Positions 41,174 to 50,105 of a stretch of 64,000 nt of DNA are shown one piece after another; within the stretch, counting starts at the first letter, position 1, and every line of letters starts with the position of its first letter. The position numbers and the translations under genes were made by a program. A model generated the notes under the pieces. It was not told the DNA's origin and did not search any database. It saw only the letters and a list, made by a program, of their open reading frames with translations. The stretch is from an uncultured Pseudomonadota bacterium (lineage in GTDB: Bacteria > Pseudomonadota > Alphaproteobacteria > JACZXZ01), in assembly GCA_963749075.1 (NCBI GenBank), contig CAVVLJ010000020.1:704001-768000 (forward strand), in the 5' to 3' direction.

Positions 41174-42713
41174 GGACCGGCTCAAGGAGAAGATCAAGAC
41201 GATCGACGAGCTGTGCAAGGCGCTCGGCAAGCGCCCGCGCGCCAAGCGCGTGATCATGTGCCACGGCACTTTCGACATCGTCCATCCGGGCCACGTGCGC
41301 CACCTCATCTATGCCAAGAGCAAGGCCGACACCCTGGTCGTGAGCCTGACCGCCGACACCCACGTCTCCAAGGCCAATTTCCGTCCCTACGTGCCGCAGG
41401 AGCTGCGCGCGATGAACCTCGCGGCGCTCGAGATGGTCGATTACGTGATCATCGACAGCGAGGCGAAGCCGCTCAGGAACCTCGGCCTCATCCAGCCCGA
41501 CTATTTCGCCAAGGGCTACGAGTACGTGGCCGGCGGCATCGACCCGCGCACCAAGGAGGAGCTCGCCGTGCTCGAGGGCTACGGCGGCGAGTTCATCTAC
41601 ACGCCGGGCGACATCGTGTTCTCCTCCTCGGCGATCATCGAGAGCATGCCGCCCAATCTGGCGCTCGAGAAGCTGCTCTCCCTCCTCGATGCCGAGGGGC
41701 TCAAATTCTCCGATCTGCGCGCCGCCCTCACGCGCTTCGCCGGCATCCGCGTCCACGTCGTGGGCGACACCATCGTCGACAGCTATACCCAGACCACCCT
41801 CATCGGCGGCAATACCAAGACGCCGACCTTCAGCGTGCGCTTCGAGAGGCAGACCGACTACGTCGGCGGCGCCGGCGTGGTGGCCAAGCACCTCGCCGCC
41901 GCCGGCGCCCAGGTCACCTTCACCACGGTGCTCGGCGCCGACCCTCTCAGGGACTTCGTGCTCGACGACCTCGCCAAGGCCGGTATTGCGGTCAACGCGA
42001 TCGTCGATCCGACGCGGCCGACCACCAACAAGAACGCCTTCATCGCCGGCGGCTACCGGCTGCTCAAGGTCGACACCCTCGACAACCGCGCGATCTCGCA
42101 GCGCATCCTCGAGGAGTTCCGCGGCAGGATCGCGGCCGCCGCGGGCGATGCGGTGGTCTTCTGCGACTTCCGCCACGGCGTCTTCAACCGCCGCACCATC
42201 CCGCCCCTCGTCGAGAGCATCCCCGCAGGCGCCTACCGCGTCGCCGACAGCCAGGTGGCGAGCCGCTGGGGCAACATCCTCGACTTCCAGGGCTTCGACC
42301 TCATCACCCCGAACGAGCGCGAGGCGCGCTTCGCCCTCGGCGATCAGGACTCGGTCGTCCGCCCGCTCGGGCTAGAGCTCTACAAGCAGGCGGGATGCCG
42401 GACCCTCATCCTCAAGATGGGCGAGCGCGGCGTGATCACCTATCGCGCAGTGCCCAAGACGGACGAGGATTACCGCGCCTTCTTCGTGGTCGACAGCTTC
42501 GCGGGCAACGTCGTCGACGCCGTGGGCTCGGGAGACGCGCTCCTCGCCTACGCGACGCTGGCGATGATCAAGTCCGGCAACGAGGTCATCGCCTCGGTCC
42601 TGGGCTCGATGGCCGCGGCCATCGAGTGCGAGCACGACGGCAACGTTCCCGTCACGGCGGACGACGTGCGGCAGAAGCTCGACGGCGTAGAGAAGCGCGC
42701 GATCTTCGATTGA
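41166..42713 (+). CDS. bifunctional nucleotidyltransferase / PfkB kinase (HldE-like, reversed domain order)
   Basis: N-terminal HGTFDIVHPGH; C-terminal VVGDTIVD, ITPNEREA, VDAVGSGD. Confidence 0.88.
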   Translation: MTEDRLKEKIKTIDELCKALGKRPRAKRVIMCHGTFDIVHPGHVRHLIYAKSKADTLVVSLTADTHVSKANFRPYVPQELRAMNLAALEMVDYVIIDSEAKPLRNLGLIQPDYFAKGYEYVAGGIDPRTKEELAVLEGYGGEFIYTPGDIVFSSSAIIESMPPNLALEKLLSLLDAEGLKFSDLRAALTRFAGIRVHVVGDTIVDSYTQTTLIGGNTKTPTFSVRFERQTDYVGGAGVVAKHLAAAGAQVTFTTVLGADPLRDFVLDDLAKAGIAVNAIVDPTRPTTNKNAFIAGGYRLLKVDTLDNRAISQRILEEFRGRIAAAAGDAVVFCDFRHGVFNRRTIPPLVESIPAGAYRVADSQVASRWGNILDFQGFDLITPNEREARFALGDQDSVVRPLGLELYKQAGCRTLILKMGERGVITYRAVPKTDEDYRAFFVVDSFAGNVVDAVGSGDALLAYATLAMIKSGNEVIASVLGSMAAAIECEHDGNVPVTADDVRQKLDGVEKRAIFD

Positions 42714-42731
42714 CCGCGGAAGAGGGGCCGC

Positions 42732-43664
42732 ATGCGCGTCATCGTCGTCGGGTTGGGCGTGCAGGGCGAGAAGCGCCGCCGCTTCGCGGGCGCCGATTTC
42801 GCCGCCGCGGTCGATCCGGTCAACCGCGAGGCGCGCTACCGCGACTTGGCCGACGTGCCGCTCGGCGATTTCGACGCGGCACTCCTCTCTGTCCCCGATG
42901 AGCCCAAGCTCGAGCTCTTGAGCTATCTTCTCGGCAACGGCAAGCATTGCCTCGTCGAGAAGCCGCTCTTCGCGGCGGAGGACGCTGAGATCGCCCGGCT
43001 CGAGGCGCTGGCGCGGGCCAAGGGGGCCGTCTGCTACACCGCCTACAACCACCGCTTCGAGCCGCATTTCGTGCGCATGCGCGAGCTCATCGCCTCGGGC
43101 GAGCTCGGTTCGATCTACCGCTGCCGCATGTTCTACGGCAACGGCACCGCGCGCCTCGTGCGCGAGTCGCGCTGGCGCGACCAGGGTGCGGGCGTGCTGC
43201 CCGATCTCGGCTCGCATCTTCTCGACACGGCGCGCTTCTGGTTCGGCGACATCGCGGACGACTTCCGCGTCGCCTCGGCGCACGCGTTCGAGAACCGGGC
43301 GCCCGATCACGTGGTGATCGATTCGGTCGGGCGGCGGCCGGCGCTCGAGCTCGAGATGACGCTCCTCATGTGGCGCAACCACTTCACCTGCGACATCCTC
43401 GCCGAGAAGGGGACGGCGCACATCCGCTCCCTCTGCAAATGGGGACCCGCGCGCTTCGTGAGCCGCAGGCGCGTGCTGCCGAGCGGCCGGCCGCCCGAGG
43501 AGGCGGTGACGCTCGTCGAGGAGGATCCGACCTGGGCGATCGAGTACGCGCATTTCAGGACGCTCGTGGCGGAGGGGCGGGCGGCCGACCTGGCGAACGA
43601 TCTCTGGCTCAACCGCAGCTTGCGGCGGCTCGGCGCCGCGGCGCTCGAGGAGTGCGGGCGATGA
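42732..43664 (+). CDS. Gfo/Idh/MocA family oxidoreductase
   Basis: VGLGVQG, HCLVEKP, AYNHRF, GVLPDLGSHLLD. Confidence 0.88.
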   Translation: MRVIVVGLGVQGEKRRRFAGADFAAAVDPVNREARYRDLADVPLGDFDAALLSVPDEPKLELLSYLLGNGKHCLVEKPLFAAEDAEIARLEALARAKGAVCYTAYNHRFEPHFVRMRELIASGELGSIYRCRMFYGNGTARLVRESRWRDQGAGVLPDLGSHLLDTARFWFGDIADDFRVASAHAFENRAPDHVVIDSVGRRPALELEMTLLMWRNHFTCDILAEKGTAHIRSLCKWGPARFVSRRRVLPSGRPPEEAVTLVEEDPTWAIEYAHFRTLVAEGRAADLANDLWLNRSLRRLGAAALEECGR

Positions 43665-44941
43665 GCGCTGCCGCACCCGTCATTGGCTACGCCGGCATGA
43701 CCCATCTCGGCCTCAATTCCGCGGTGGCGGCGGCGGAGCGCGGCTTCGCCGTCGTCGCCTTCGATCCCGACGGCGGGCGCATCGCGGCGCTTCAGCGCGG
43801 CGAGCCTGCGGTGAGCGAGCCCGATTTGCCCGAGCTCATGGCGAAGAACAGGGAGCGCCTCGCTTTCACGGGCGATCTCGCGGCGCTCTCGCGCTGCGAC
43901 GTCGTCTATGTGGCACCCGACGTGGCGACCGACGATGCGGGTGCGAGCGATCTCGGCCCGCTCAGGGCGCTCATCGCCGCCGTCGAGCCGGCACTCAAGG
44001 AAGACGCCGCGATGGTGGTGCTGAGCCAGGTGCCGCCCGGCTTCACCCGCGGCCTCGCGCGCGCCGACGCCCGCACGTTCTATCAGGTGGAGACGCTGAT
44101 CTTCGGCCGTGCCATCGAGCGCGCACTCCATCCCGAGCGCTTCATCGTCGGCTGCGCCGAGCCGCTGCTGCCGCTGCCGCCAGCACTCGCGGCCTTCCTC
44201 GGCGCCTTCGGCTGCCCCGTCCTGCAGATGCGCTACGAGAGCGCCGAGCTTTCGAAGATCGCCATCAACTTCTTCCTCGTGGCCTCCATCAGCGCCGCCA
44301 ATACGCTCGCCGAGCTCGCCGAGCACATCGGCGCCGACTGGTCGGAGATCGTGCCGGCCCTGCGCCTCGACAAGCGCATCGGCCAGCATGCCTATCTCGC
44401 CCCCGGCCTCGGCATCGCCGGCGGCAACCTCGAGCGCGATCTCGCCACCTTCGTGCGCCTGGGAGCCGAGGCCGGCAGCGACGTGGGCGTAGTGCTCGCC
44501 TGGCAGGCCAACAGCCGGCACCGCCGCTTCTGGGCGCTGAGAAGGCTCCACGACACCGTGCTCGCGCGGCTGACCGATCCGCTCATCGGCGTGCTCGGCC
44601 TCGCCTACAAGGAGGACACCCACTCGACCAAGAACTCCCCGTCGCTGGCGCTGATCGCGGAGCTCAGGCCGTTCCGCCTGCGCGCCTACGATCCCGCCGT
44701 CAAGGTGGAGCCGGCCTGGCACCCCGCACTCGCCCAAGCGCGCGACGCCCTCGATGCCTGCCGCGGCGCCGACGCCGTCGCGATCATGACGCCGTGGCGG
44801 CCGTTCAAGGCGCTCTCGCCCGCGGCGATGGCCGAGGTCATGGCGGGGCGCGTCGTCATCGACCCCTATGGCGTGCTCGACGCCCGGGCCTCCGCTGCGG
44901 CAGGGCTCGAGCATCACCGCCTGGGTGCCGAGTGCCGCTGA
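43661..44941 (+). CDS. UDP-glucose/GDP-mannose dehydrogenase-family protein lacking the catalytic Cys
   Basis: EPDL, SAELSKIAIN, LDKRIG, LGLAYK; GIAGGNLERD replaces the canonical GGxCxxxD. Confidence 0.85.
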   Translation: MSAAAPVIGYAGMTHLGLNSAVAAAERGFAVVAFDPDGGRIAALQRGEPAVSEPDLPELMAKNRERLAFTGDLAALSRCDVVYVAPDVATDDAGASDLGPLRALIAAVEPALKEDAAMVVLSQVPPGFTRGLARADARTFYQVETLIFGRAIERALHPERFIVGCAEPLLPLPPALAAFLGAFGCPVLQMRYESAELSKIAINFFLVASISAANTLAELAEHIGADWSEIVPALRLDKRIGQHAYLAPGLGIAGGNLERDLATFVRLGAEAGSDVGVVLAWQANSRHRRFWALRRLHDTVLARLTDPLIGVLGLAYKEDTHSTKNSPSLALIAELRPFRLRAYDPAVKVEPAWHPALAQARDALDACRGADAVAIMTPWRPFKALSPAAMAEVMAGRVVIDPYGVLDARASAAAGLEHHRLGAECR

Positions 44942-44946
44942 CCGCC

Positions 44947-45831
44947 ATGCTCGCGCACCGCAAGCCCCTGCCGAGCCCGCCCGCCCGCGTCGTTGTGCTC
45001 GGCGCCAGCGGCATCATCGGCCGCGCGCTGGCCGCGCGGCTCACGGCGGAGTCCATCCCCGTCCTGGCGCTGGGCTCGGCCGACGTCGACCTCCTCGGCG
45101 ACGGGGCCGAGGCGAGGCTCGCCGGCCTCTTGCGCGCCGAGGACGCGCTGGTGATGCTGGCGGCCCTCACGCCGGAGAAGGGGCGCGACATCGCGACGCT
45201 CATGAGGAACCTCGACATGGGCGAGGCCGTATGCGCGGCCCTCGGCCGCAGCGCTTGCGCGCAAGTGATCTATGTGAGCAGCGACGCCGTCTACCCGCCC
45301 GGCCCCGGCCTCGTCAGCGAGAGCACGCCGGCCGACCCGCCTGATCTCTACGGCGCCATGCACCGGACGCGCGAGGCGATGTTCGCCTCCGCCGTGGCGC
45401 GCGAGCGCCTCGCGATCGCGCGCGTCACCATGGTGCTGGCGGCGGGCGACACCCACGGCTCCTACGGCGCCAACCGCTTCCGCCGCCAGGCACGCGAGAC
45501 GGGCAGGATCGCCCTTGCGGGCAAGGGCGAGGAGACGCGCGACCAGATCTATTTGGGCGATCTGGTCGAGCTCATCCGCTTGATGCTCGTCCACCGCAGC
45601 CATGGCCTCGTCAATGCGGCGAGCGGCACCTCGCTCAGCTTTCTCGAGGTGGCGCGCCTGGTGGCGGCCCAGTTCGAGCCCAATGCGGAGATCGCCTTCA
45701 CGCCGCGCAGCGTCCCGGTCACCCATCGCCATTACGACATCACGGCGGTGCGCCGCGCCTTTCCCCGCTTCCGCTTCACCCCCCACGGCGAGGCCATCGC
45801 CCGGGTCCACCGCGAGGAGAGCGGGCGATGA
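44947..45831 (+). CDS. atypical NAD-dependent epimerase/reductase
   Basis: LGASGIIG, YVSSDAVY, YGAMH, GEETRD. Confidence 0.8.
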   Translation: MLAHRKPLPSPPARVVVLGASGIIGRALAARLTAESIPVLALGSADVDLLGDGAEARLAGLLRAEDALVMLAALTPEKGRDIATLMRNLDMGEAVCAALGRSACAQVIYVSSDAVYPPGPGLVSESTPADPPDLYGAMHRTREAMFASAVARERLAIARVTMVLAAGDTHGSYGANRFRRQARETGRIALAGKGEETRDQIYLGDLVELIRLMLVHRSHGLVNAASGTSLSFLEVARLVAAQFEPNAEIAFTPRSVPVTHRHYDITAVRRAFPRFRFTPHGEAIARVHREESGR

Positions 45832-46811
45832 GCGGCGGCCCGGCGCCGGCGATCGATCACGCCTTCGTCACCGGAGGTGCGGGCTTCATCGGCAGCCATC
45901 TGGTCGAGCGCCTCCTCGCACTCGGCTGCCGCGTCACGGCCTACGACAACTTCTCGACCGGCTTCGTCGAGTTCCTCGGCGAGGCGAGAAAGCACCCCCG
46001 CTTCACCTTCATCGAGGGCGATCTCCTCGACGCGGTGGCGCTTGCCCGGGCCATGGCGGGCTGCGACATCGTCTTCCATCTCGCCGCCAACGCGGACGTG
46101 CGCTACGGTATCGAGCATCCCATGAGGGACCTCGAGCAGAACACCATCGCCACCTTCAACGTGCTCGAGGCGATGCGCGCGAACGGTGCCACGCGCATCG
46201 CCTTCGCCTCGACAGGCTCGATCTACGGCGACGCTAAGGTGATCCCCACGCCCGAGGATGCGCCCTTTCCGGTGCAGACCTCGCTCTACGGCGCCTCCAA
46301 GCTCGCGGGCGAGGGGCTGATCGCCGCCTATTGCGAGGCCTTCGCCATGCAGAGCTGGATCTTCCGCTTCGTCTCGATCCTGGGCGAGCGCTACACCCAC
46401 GGGCACGTCTTCGACTTCTACAAGAGGCTCCTCGAGGATCCGAGCCGGCTCCACGTGCTCGGCAACGGCCGGCAGAAGAAATCCTATCTCTACGTCGAGG
46501 ACTGCCTCGCCGCCATCCTGACGGCGCTCGCCCGCGCCGAGGCCAGGGTCAACGTCTTCAACCTCGGCACCGAGGAGTACGTCGAGGTCAACGACTCGAT
46601 CGCGACGATCACGGCCCACCTCGGGCTCGCCCCGCGGCTCAGCTATGCCGGCGGCGAGCGCGGCTGGGTCGGCGACAATCCCTTCATCTTCCTCGAGACC
46701 AAGCGCATCAGGGCACTCGGCTGGACGCCGCGGCTCGACATCCGCCAGGGCATCGTGCGCACGCTCGAATGGCTCACGGCCAACCGCTGGATCTTCGAGC
46801 GCCGGACATGA
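45828..46811 (+). CDS. NAD-dependent epimerase (GalE-like subgroup)
   Basis: TGGAGFIG, HLAANADVR, YGASK, GNGRQKKSY. Confidence 0.9.
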   Translation: MSGGPAPAIDHAFVTGGAGFIGSHLVERLLALGCRVTAYDNFSTGFVEFLGEARKHPRFTFIEGDLLDAVALARAMAGCDIVFHLAANADVRYGIEHPMRDLEQNTIATFNVLEAMRANGATRIAFASTGSIYGDAKVIPTPEDAPFPVQTSLYGASKLAGEGLIAAYCEAFAMQSWIFRFVSILGERYTHGHVFDFYKRLLEDPSRLHVLGNGRQKKSYLYVEDCLAAILTALARAEARVNVFNLGTEEYVEVNDSIATITAHLGLAPRLSYAGGERGWVGDNPFIFLETKRIRALGWTPRLDIRQGIVRTLEWLTANRWIFERRT

Positions 46812-47686
46812 CGGAAACGCCGGCATTGAGCGGGCTGCGCTGCCTGGTGACCGGCGCCTACGGCACGCTCGGCAGCGCGATCGCGCACCGGTTGCGGCGG
46901 GAGGGGGCCCATCTCCTCCTCGTCGGACGTGCGGCCCCACGGCTCGCCACCCTCCGCGAGGCGCTCGCCGCCGAGCAGGCCCCTGGCGGCATCGAGACGC
47001 TGGCGCTCGACCTCGCCGCCAAGGAGGCGCCCGAGCGCGTGGCGGCCGCGGTCGGCGCGCTCGGCCGCCTCGACGCGCTCTTCAACAACGCGGCCATCCA
47101 GGGGCCGATCGGCCCGCTCTGGGAGAACGACTGGCAGGCCTGGGAGGAGACGGTCCGCGTCAACCTGCTCGTGCCGGTTGCCCTCGCGCGCGCCCTCGTC
47201 GAGCCCCTCGCCGCCGCGCGGCGCGGCAAGATCGTCAATATCTCGGGCGGGGGGGCAAGCGGCCCGCGCGCCAACTTCAGCGCCTATGCCGTCGCCAAGA
47301 CGGCACTGGTGCGCTTCACCGAGACCTTCGCGGAGGAGGTCCGCGCGTGCAACATCGAGGTGAACGCCATCGCACCAGGCACGCTCGCAAGCGCCATGAC
47401 CGAGGCCGTCCTCGCCGCCGGAGAGGCCCGGAGCGGCGAGCGGGAGATGGCCCTAGCACGGAAGGCCCAGAGCGGCGAGGCAGCGGCGGCACTCGAGAAG
47501 GCGGCGGGCCTCTGCGCCTGGCTCGCCTCGCCGGCGAGCGACGGCATCACGGGACGCCTCATCGCAGCACTCTGGGATCCCTGGGAGACGCTCGGCCGGC
47601 ATGCCGCCGAGCTCGCCGGCTCGGACATCTATACGCTCAGGCGAGTGCTGCCCAAGGACCGTGGCAAGGACTGGGACGCGGGATGA
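46808..47686 (+). CDS. short-chain dehydrogenase/reductase
   Basis: TGAYGTLG, NNAAIQGPIG, YAVAK. Confidence 0.88.
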   Translation: MTETPALSGLRCLVTGAYGTLGSAIAHRLRREGAHLLLVGRAAPRLATLREALAAEQAPGGIETLALDLAAKEAPERVAAAVGALGRLDALFNNAAIQGPIGPLWENDWQAWEETVRVNLLVPVALARALVEPLAAARRGKIVNISGGGASGPRANFSAYAVAKTALVRFTETFAEEVRACNIEVNAIAPGTLASAMTEAVLAAGEARSGEREMALARKAQSGEAAAALEKAAGLCAWLASPASDGITGRLIAALWDPWETLGRHAAELAGSDIYTLRRVLPKDRGKDWDAG

Positions 47687-47777
47687 GCCGCCTGCCCCGG
47701 GGCTAGCCCCCTCGCCGGGGCCTGCTTCGCCGCGTCCGCCCGCAGGCCGCGCCGGCTCCCGGAATCCGAGTGTGGCA

Positions 47778-48443
47778 TCAGTAGCTGGAGAAGCTGGGTA
47801 TGAAGTTATGCACCTGCGAGGTGTAGAGCGCCTCGCGGCCCACATCCCCGCGCTCGTGCGCGCGATCGTTGGGATCGACGGCCAAGGCGTTCTTGACCGG
47901 CAGGTCCTTGCCCTCGATCCACACGGCAAGCGCATAACCCGTCCATTGGTCGGTGAAGCGGTAGAGCGGCATGCGGAGATTGCCGAGGATAGGGTTGGCC
48001 ACGAAGGCGCGGTCCCCGACGAACCCCCTGAACACGACGAAATGCAGGTAATCGCCCCTCTGAAGAAGGATGATGACGGGCCCGTTGAGCTCGGTCAGCT
48101 GCTGCAACGTCATCTTGAGGCCCTCGGCCGCGAACCCGAAGTGCTCCGCCGCGCGCTTCATGTCGAGCATGGAAAGGCCGTTCTTCTCCTTGTCCTTCCA
48201 CTCTTCCTTGCTGTAGGTCACGCGCATCGCGGTGGTGAACTCGCTCTCGCTGATCGGCTTCCCGTAATAATATTCGCTGACGGTCGAGAGGGCGGCCGAG
48301 CCGCAGGTGAAATCGGTGAGCTGCCGCGTCACATCGTGGAACTTGTTGTCGTGCCAGGTCTGGACCCGCCGGTCCAAGGGATCCGGGCCGGCGGCGCACC
48401 CGGCCAGCACGAGCATCGTCAGGGCGAGGAGCGGCCATCTCAT
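47778..48443 (-). CDS. stand-alone C39 family cysteine peptidase, predicted lipoprotein (FapD-like)
   Basis: Lipobox LAGC (Cys16); RQLTDFTCGSAAL, GLSMLDMK, HFVV, ANPILGN. Confidence 0.85.
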   Translation of the reverse strand: MRWPLLALTMLVLAGCAAGPDPLDRRVQTWHDNKFHDVTRQLTDFTCGSAALSTVSEYYYGKPISESEFTTAMRVTYSKEEWKDKEKNGLSMLDMKRAAEHFGFAAEGLKMTLQQLTELNGPVIILLQRGDYLHFVVFRGFVGDRAFVANPILGNLRMPLYRFTDQWTGYALAVWIEGKDLPVKNALAVDPNDRAHERGDVGREALYTSQVHNFIPSFSSY

Positions 48444-48454
48444 GGTGCGCGCTC

Positions 48455-49922
48455 TCAGAACTTGTGAATGTAGTCGACGCCAAGGATGGCATCCTTGGCG
48501 TCCCGCGACGCCCCAATGATGATCCACGGCTCGATGAGGTTGCCCGGGTTGATTGCATGGGTATAGGCGAAACGCATGCTGATCGGCGTGGCAAGCGTCT
48601 GGGGTACTGTGACCCCGTTGAAGCTCCATTTCTCCTGGTAGTCGAGGATGGCCTGAAAGCTGAGCGTGTCCGTGTCGTTGACGGAGAAGCCGAGGCCGGT
48701 ATTGAGCTCCCAGATGTCTCCCGGCGAGACGTGCACGCCGTAATAGTTGGTCGGGATGAAGTGGCTGTAACTCACCGTGGTGAACAGCAGAACCGGGTCG
48801 TATGATTTGAGCGCCGTGACCGACCCCGTCATGATCCAGTGCCCCGTGCCGATCTGGGGGCTCAAGGGATTCTCTCGTATCGCCGCCCGAGACGGCCGAG
48901 TTCCCGCTGGGGGGCAAATAGGGTGGCCGGCCGGTCGGGGCTGAAATCTGCGCGCCTACGATCACGTTGGGCCTTTCGGCGCCTTCGTTGAGAGCGCTGT
49001 ATTTCGCACCGAAGCTCACATCTCCCGGACCGTTCAGCTCGATCGAGGATTGCGTCAGCCCTTGGATCTGCCGCTGCCCCCACACGTAAGGCGCGGTCAC
49101 GAACCCTTCGAGCCCGGTGACGATGCCGAAGCGCCCGGTGGCCGTCGCCATCACCACCTTATCGTTTCCGATACCCTGCGCCAGGCTCGTATGAAGATAG
49201 CTCAGCGAAATGTCGGACTCGATCTTCATCGGCTTCACCAGGACGGCCTCGTTGCGCAGGAATTCCAGGTGCTGGCGCAGCGTCTCCTCGGCCTGCTCCT
49301 TGGGCGAGGGGGTGTTGCCCGCCGTCCCGCCCTGATTCTGTGCCGAAGGATTGGAGCCGCTGTTCTGGCCCTGCGCCGGAGCATTGCCGGCGGTGCCCTG
49401 GTCCGGCTGCGCCTGGGTCGCCTTCTTCTTCGTCTGGTCCTGGTCCTGGTCCGATGCTCCCGGCCCGCCGCCGACGATGAGCGCCATCTCGCCGGCGGCG
49501 AGCTGCCGGCATTTGAACATGGCAATCGGGATCGTCACGTCGCCGAGAGCCCGGGTCGCGACGCGGACGGTGCCGTTCCTGATGGCGAGCTTCCCGGTGA
49601 CGCGATCGCCGCCGCTGCCGGGCGACACCGTCACCTCGCCGCTGCTCGAGGCCGCCGTCAGCTTGTCGAGGCCCACCACGATCGTGCGGCCCATATATTT
49701 GAACGCCAGTCCATGGCAGTCGACGCCCACAATCTCGCCGGTCAGGTGATCGCCGGCGACGGTGGTAAGCTCGCCCGGGGCGGCCTGCACGCGCGCTCCC
49801 GCGGAGGCCGCGTCGCTCCCGGCATGCGCGCCGAGCGGCATGCACAAGAGCAAGGCCGAGAGGGCAAGGGGGCGCGAGAAAGTGGTCAACGGACGATCAG
49901 GGGGGCGCGTCGGGTCAATCAC
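48455..49922 (-). CDS. outer-membrane beta-barrel transporter (FapF/SphA-like), +1 frameshift at ~48870
   Basis: Signal peptide; GPGDVSFGAKY, ISAPTG, IGTGHW, KSYDPVLLF, PGD, GLGFSVND; terminal YIHKF. Removing one T at 48870-48871 joins the halves as TRDPLSPQIGTGHW. Confidence 0.75.
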
Positions 49923-50024
49923 TGCCGCCGATTGTCACCCGACCCGCTCCGCAATCGAACCCGCGTCGCTCGGCAGCAAACGAGGACGCTGTAGAAGTCG
50001 GGCTCAGGGAAGGTTGACCGGGCT

Positions 50025-50083
50025 GGCTGCGACTCCCGTCCCCGCGGCGCTCTGCGAAGCAACCGCCGGGCGGAGCCGCAACC
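50025..50083 (-). terminator. long stem-loop directly 3' of the Tyr-rich gene
   Basis: On the minus strand GGTTGCGGCTCC pairs with GGAGTCGCAGCC (12 bp, 2 G-U), with an inner CGGCG/CGCCG stem. No U-tract follows. Confidence 0.45.
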
Positions 50084-50105
50084 ATCCCGTATCCTGCCGA
50101 CCGGC

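Noticed and set aside
47778-49922. 714-aa ORF fusing the barrel N-terminus to the C39 peptidase
   Set aside because: The middle is out-of-frame nonsense. A single-base correction at ~48870 gives a complete barrel ending in Phe, and the peptidase has its own start and lipoprotein signal.
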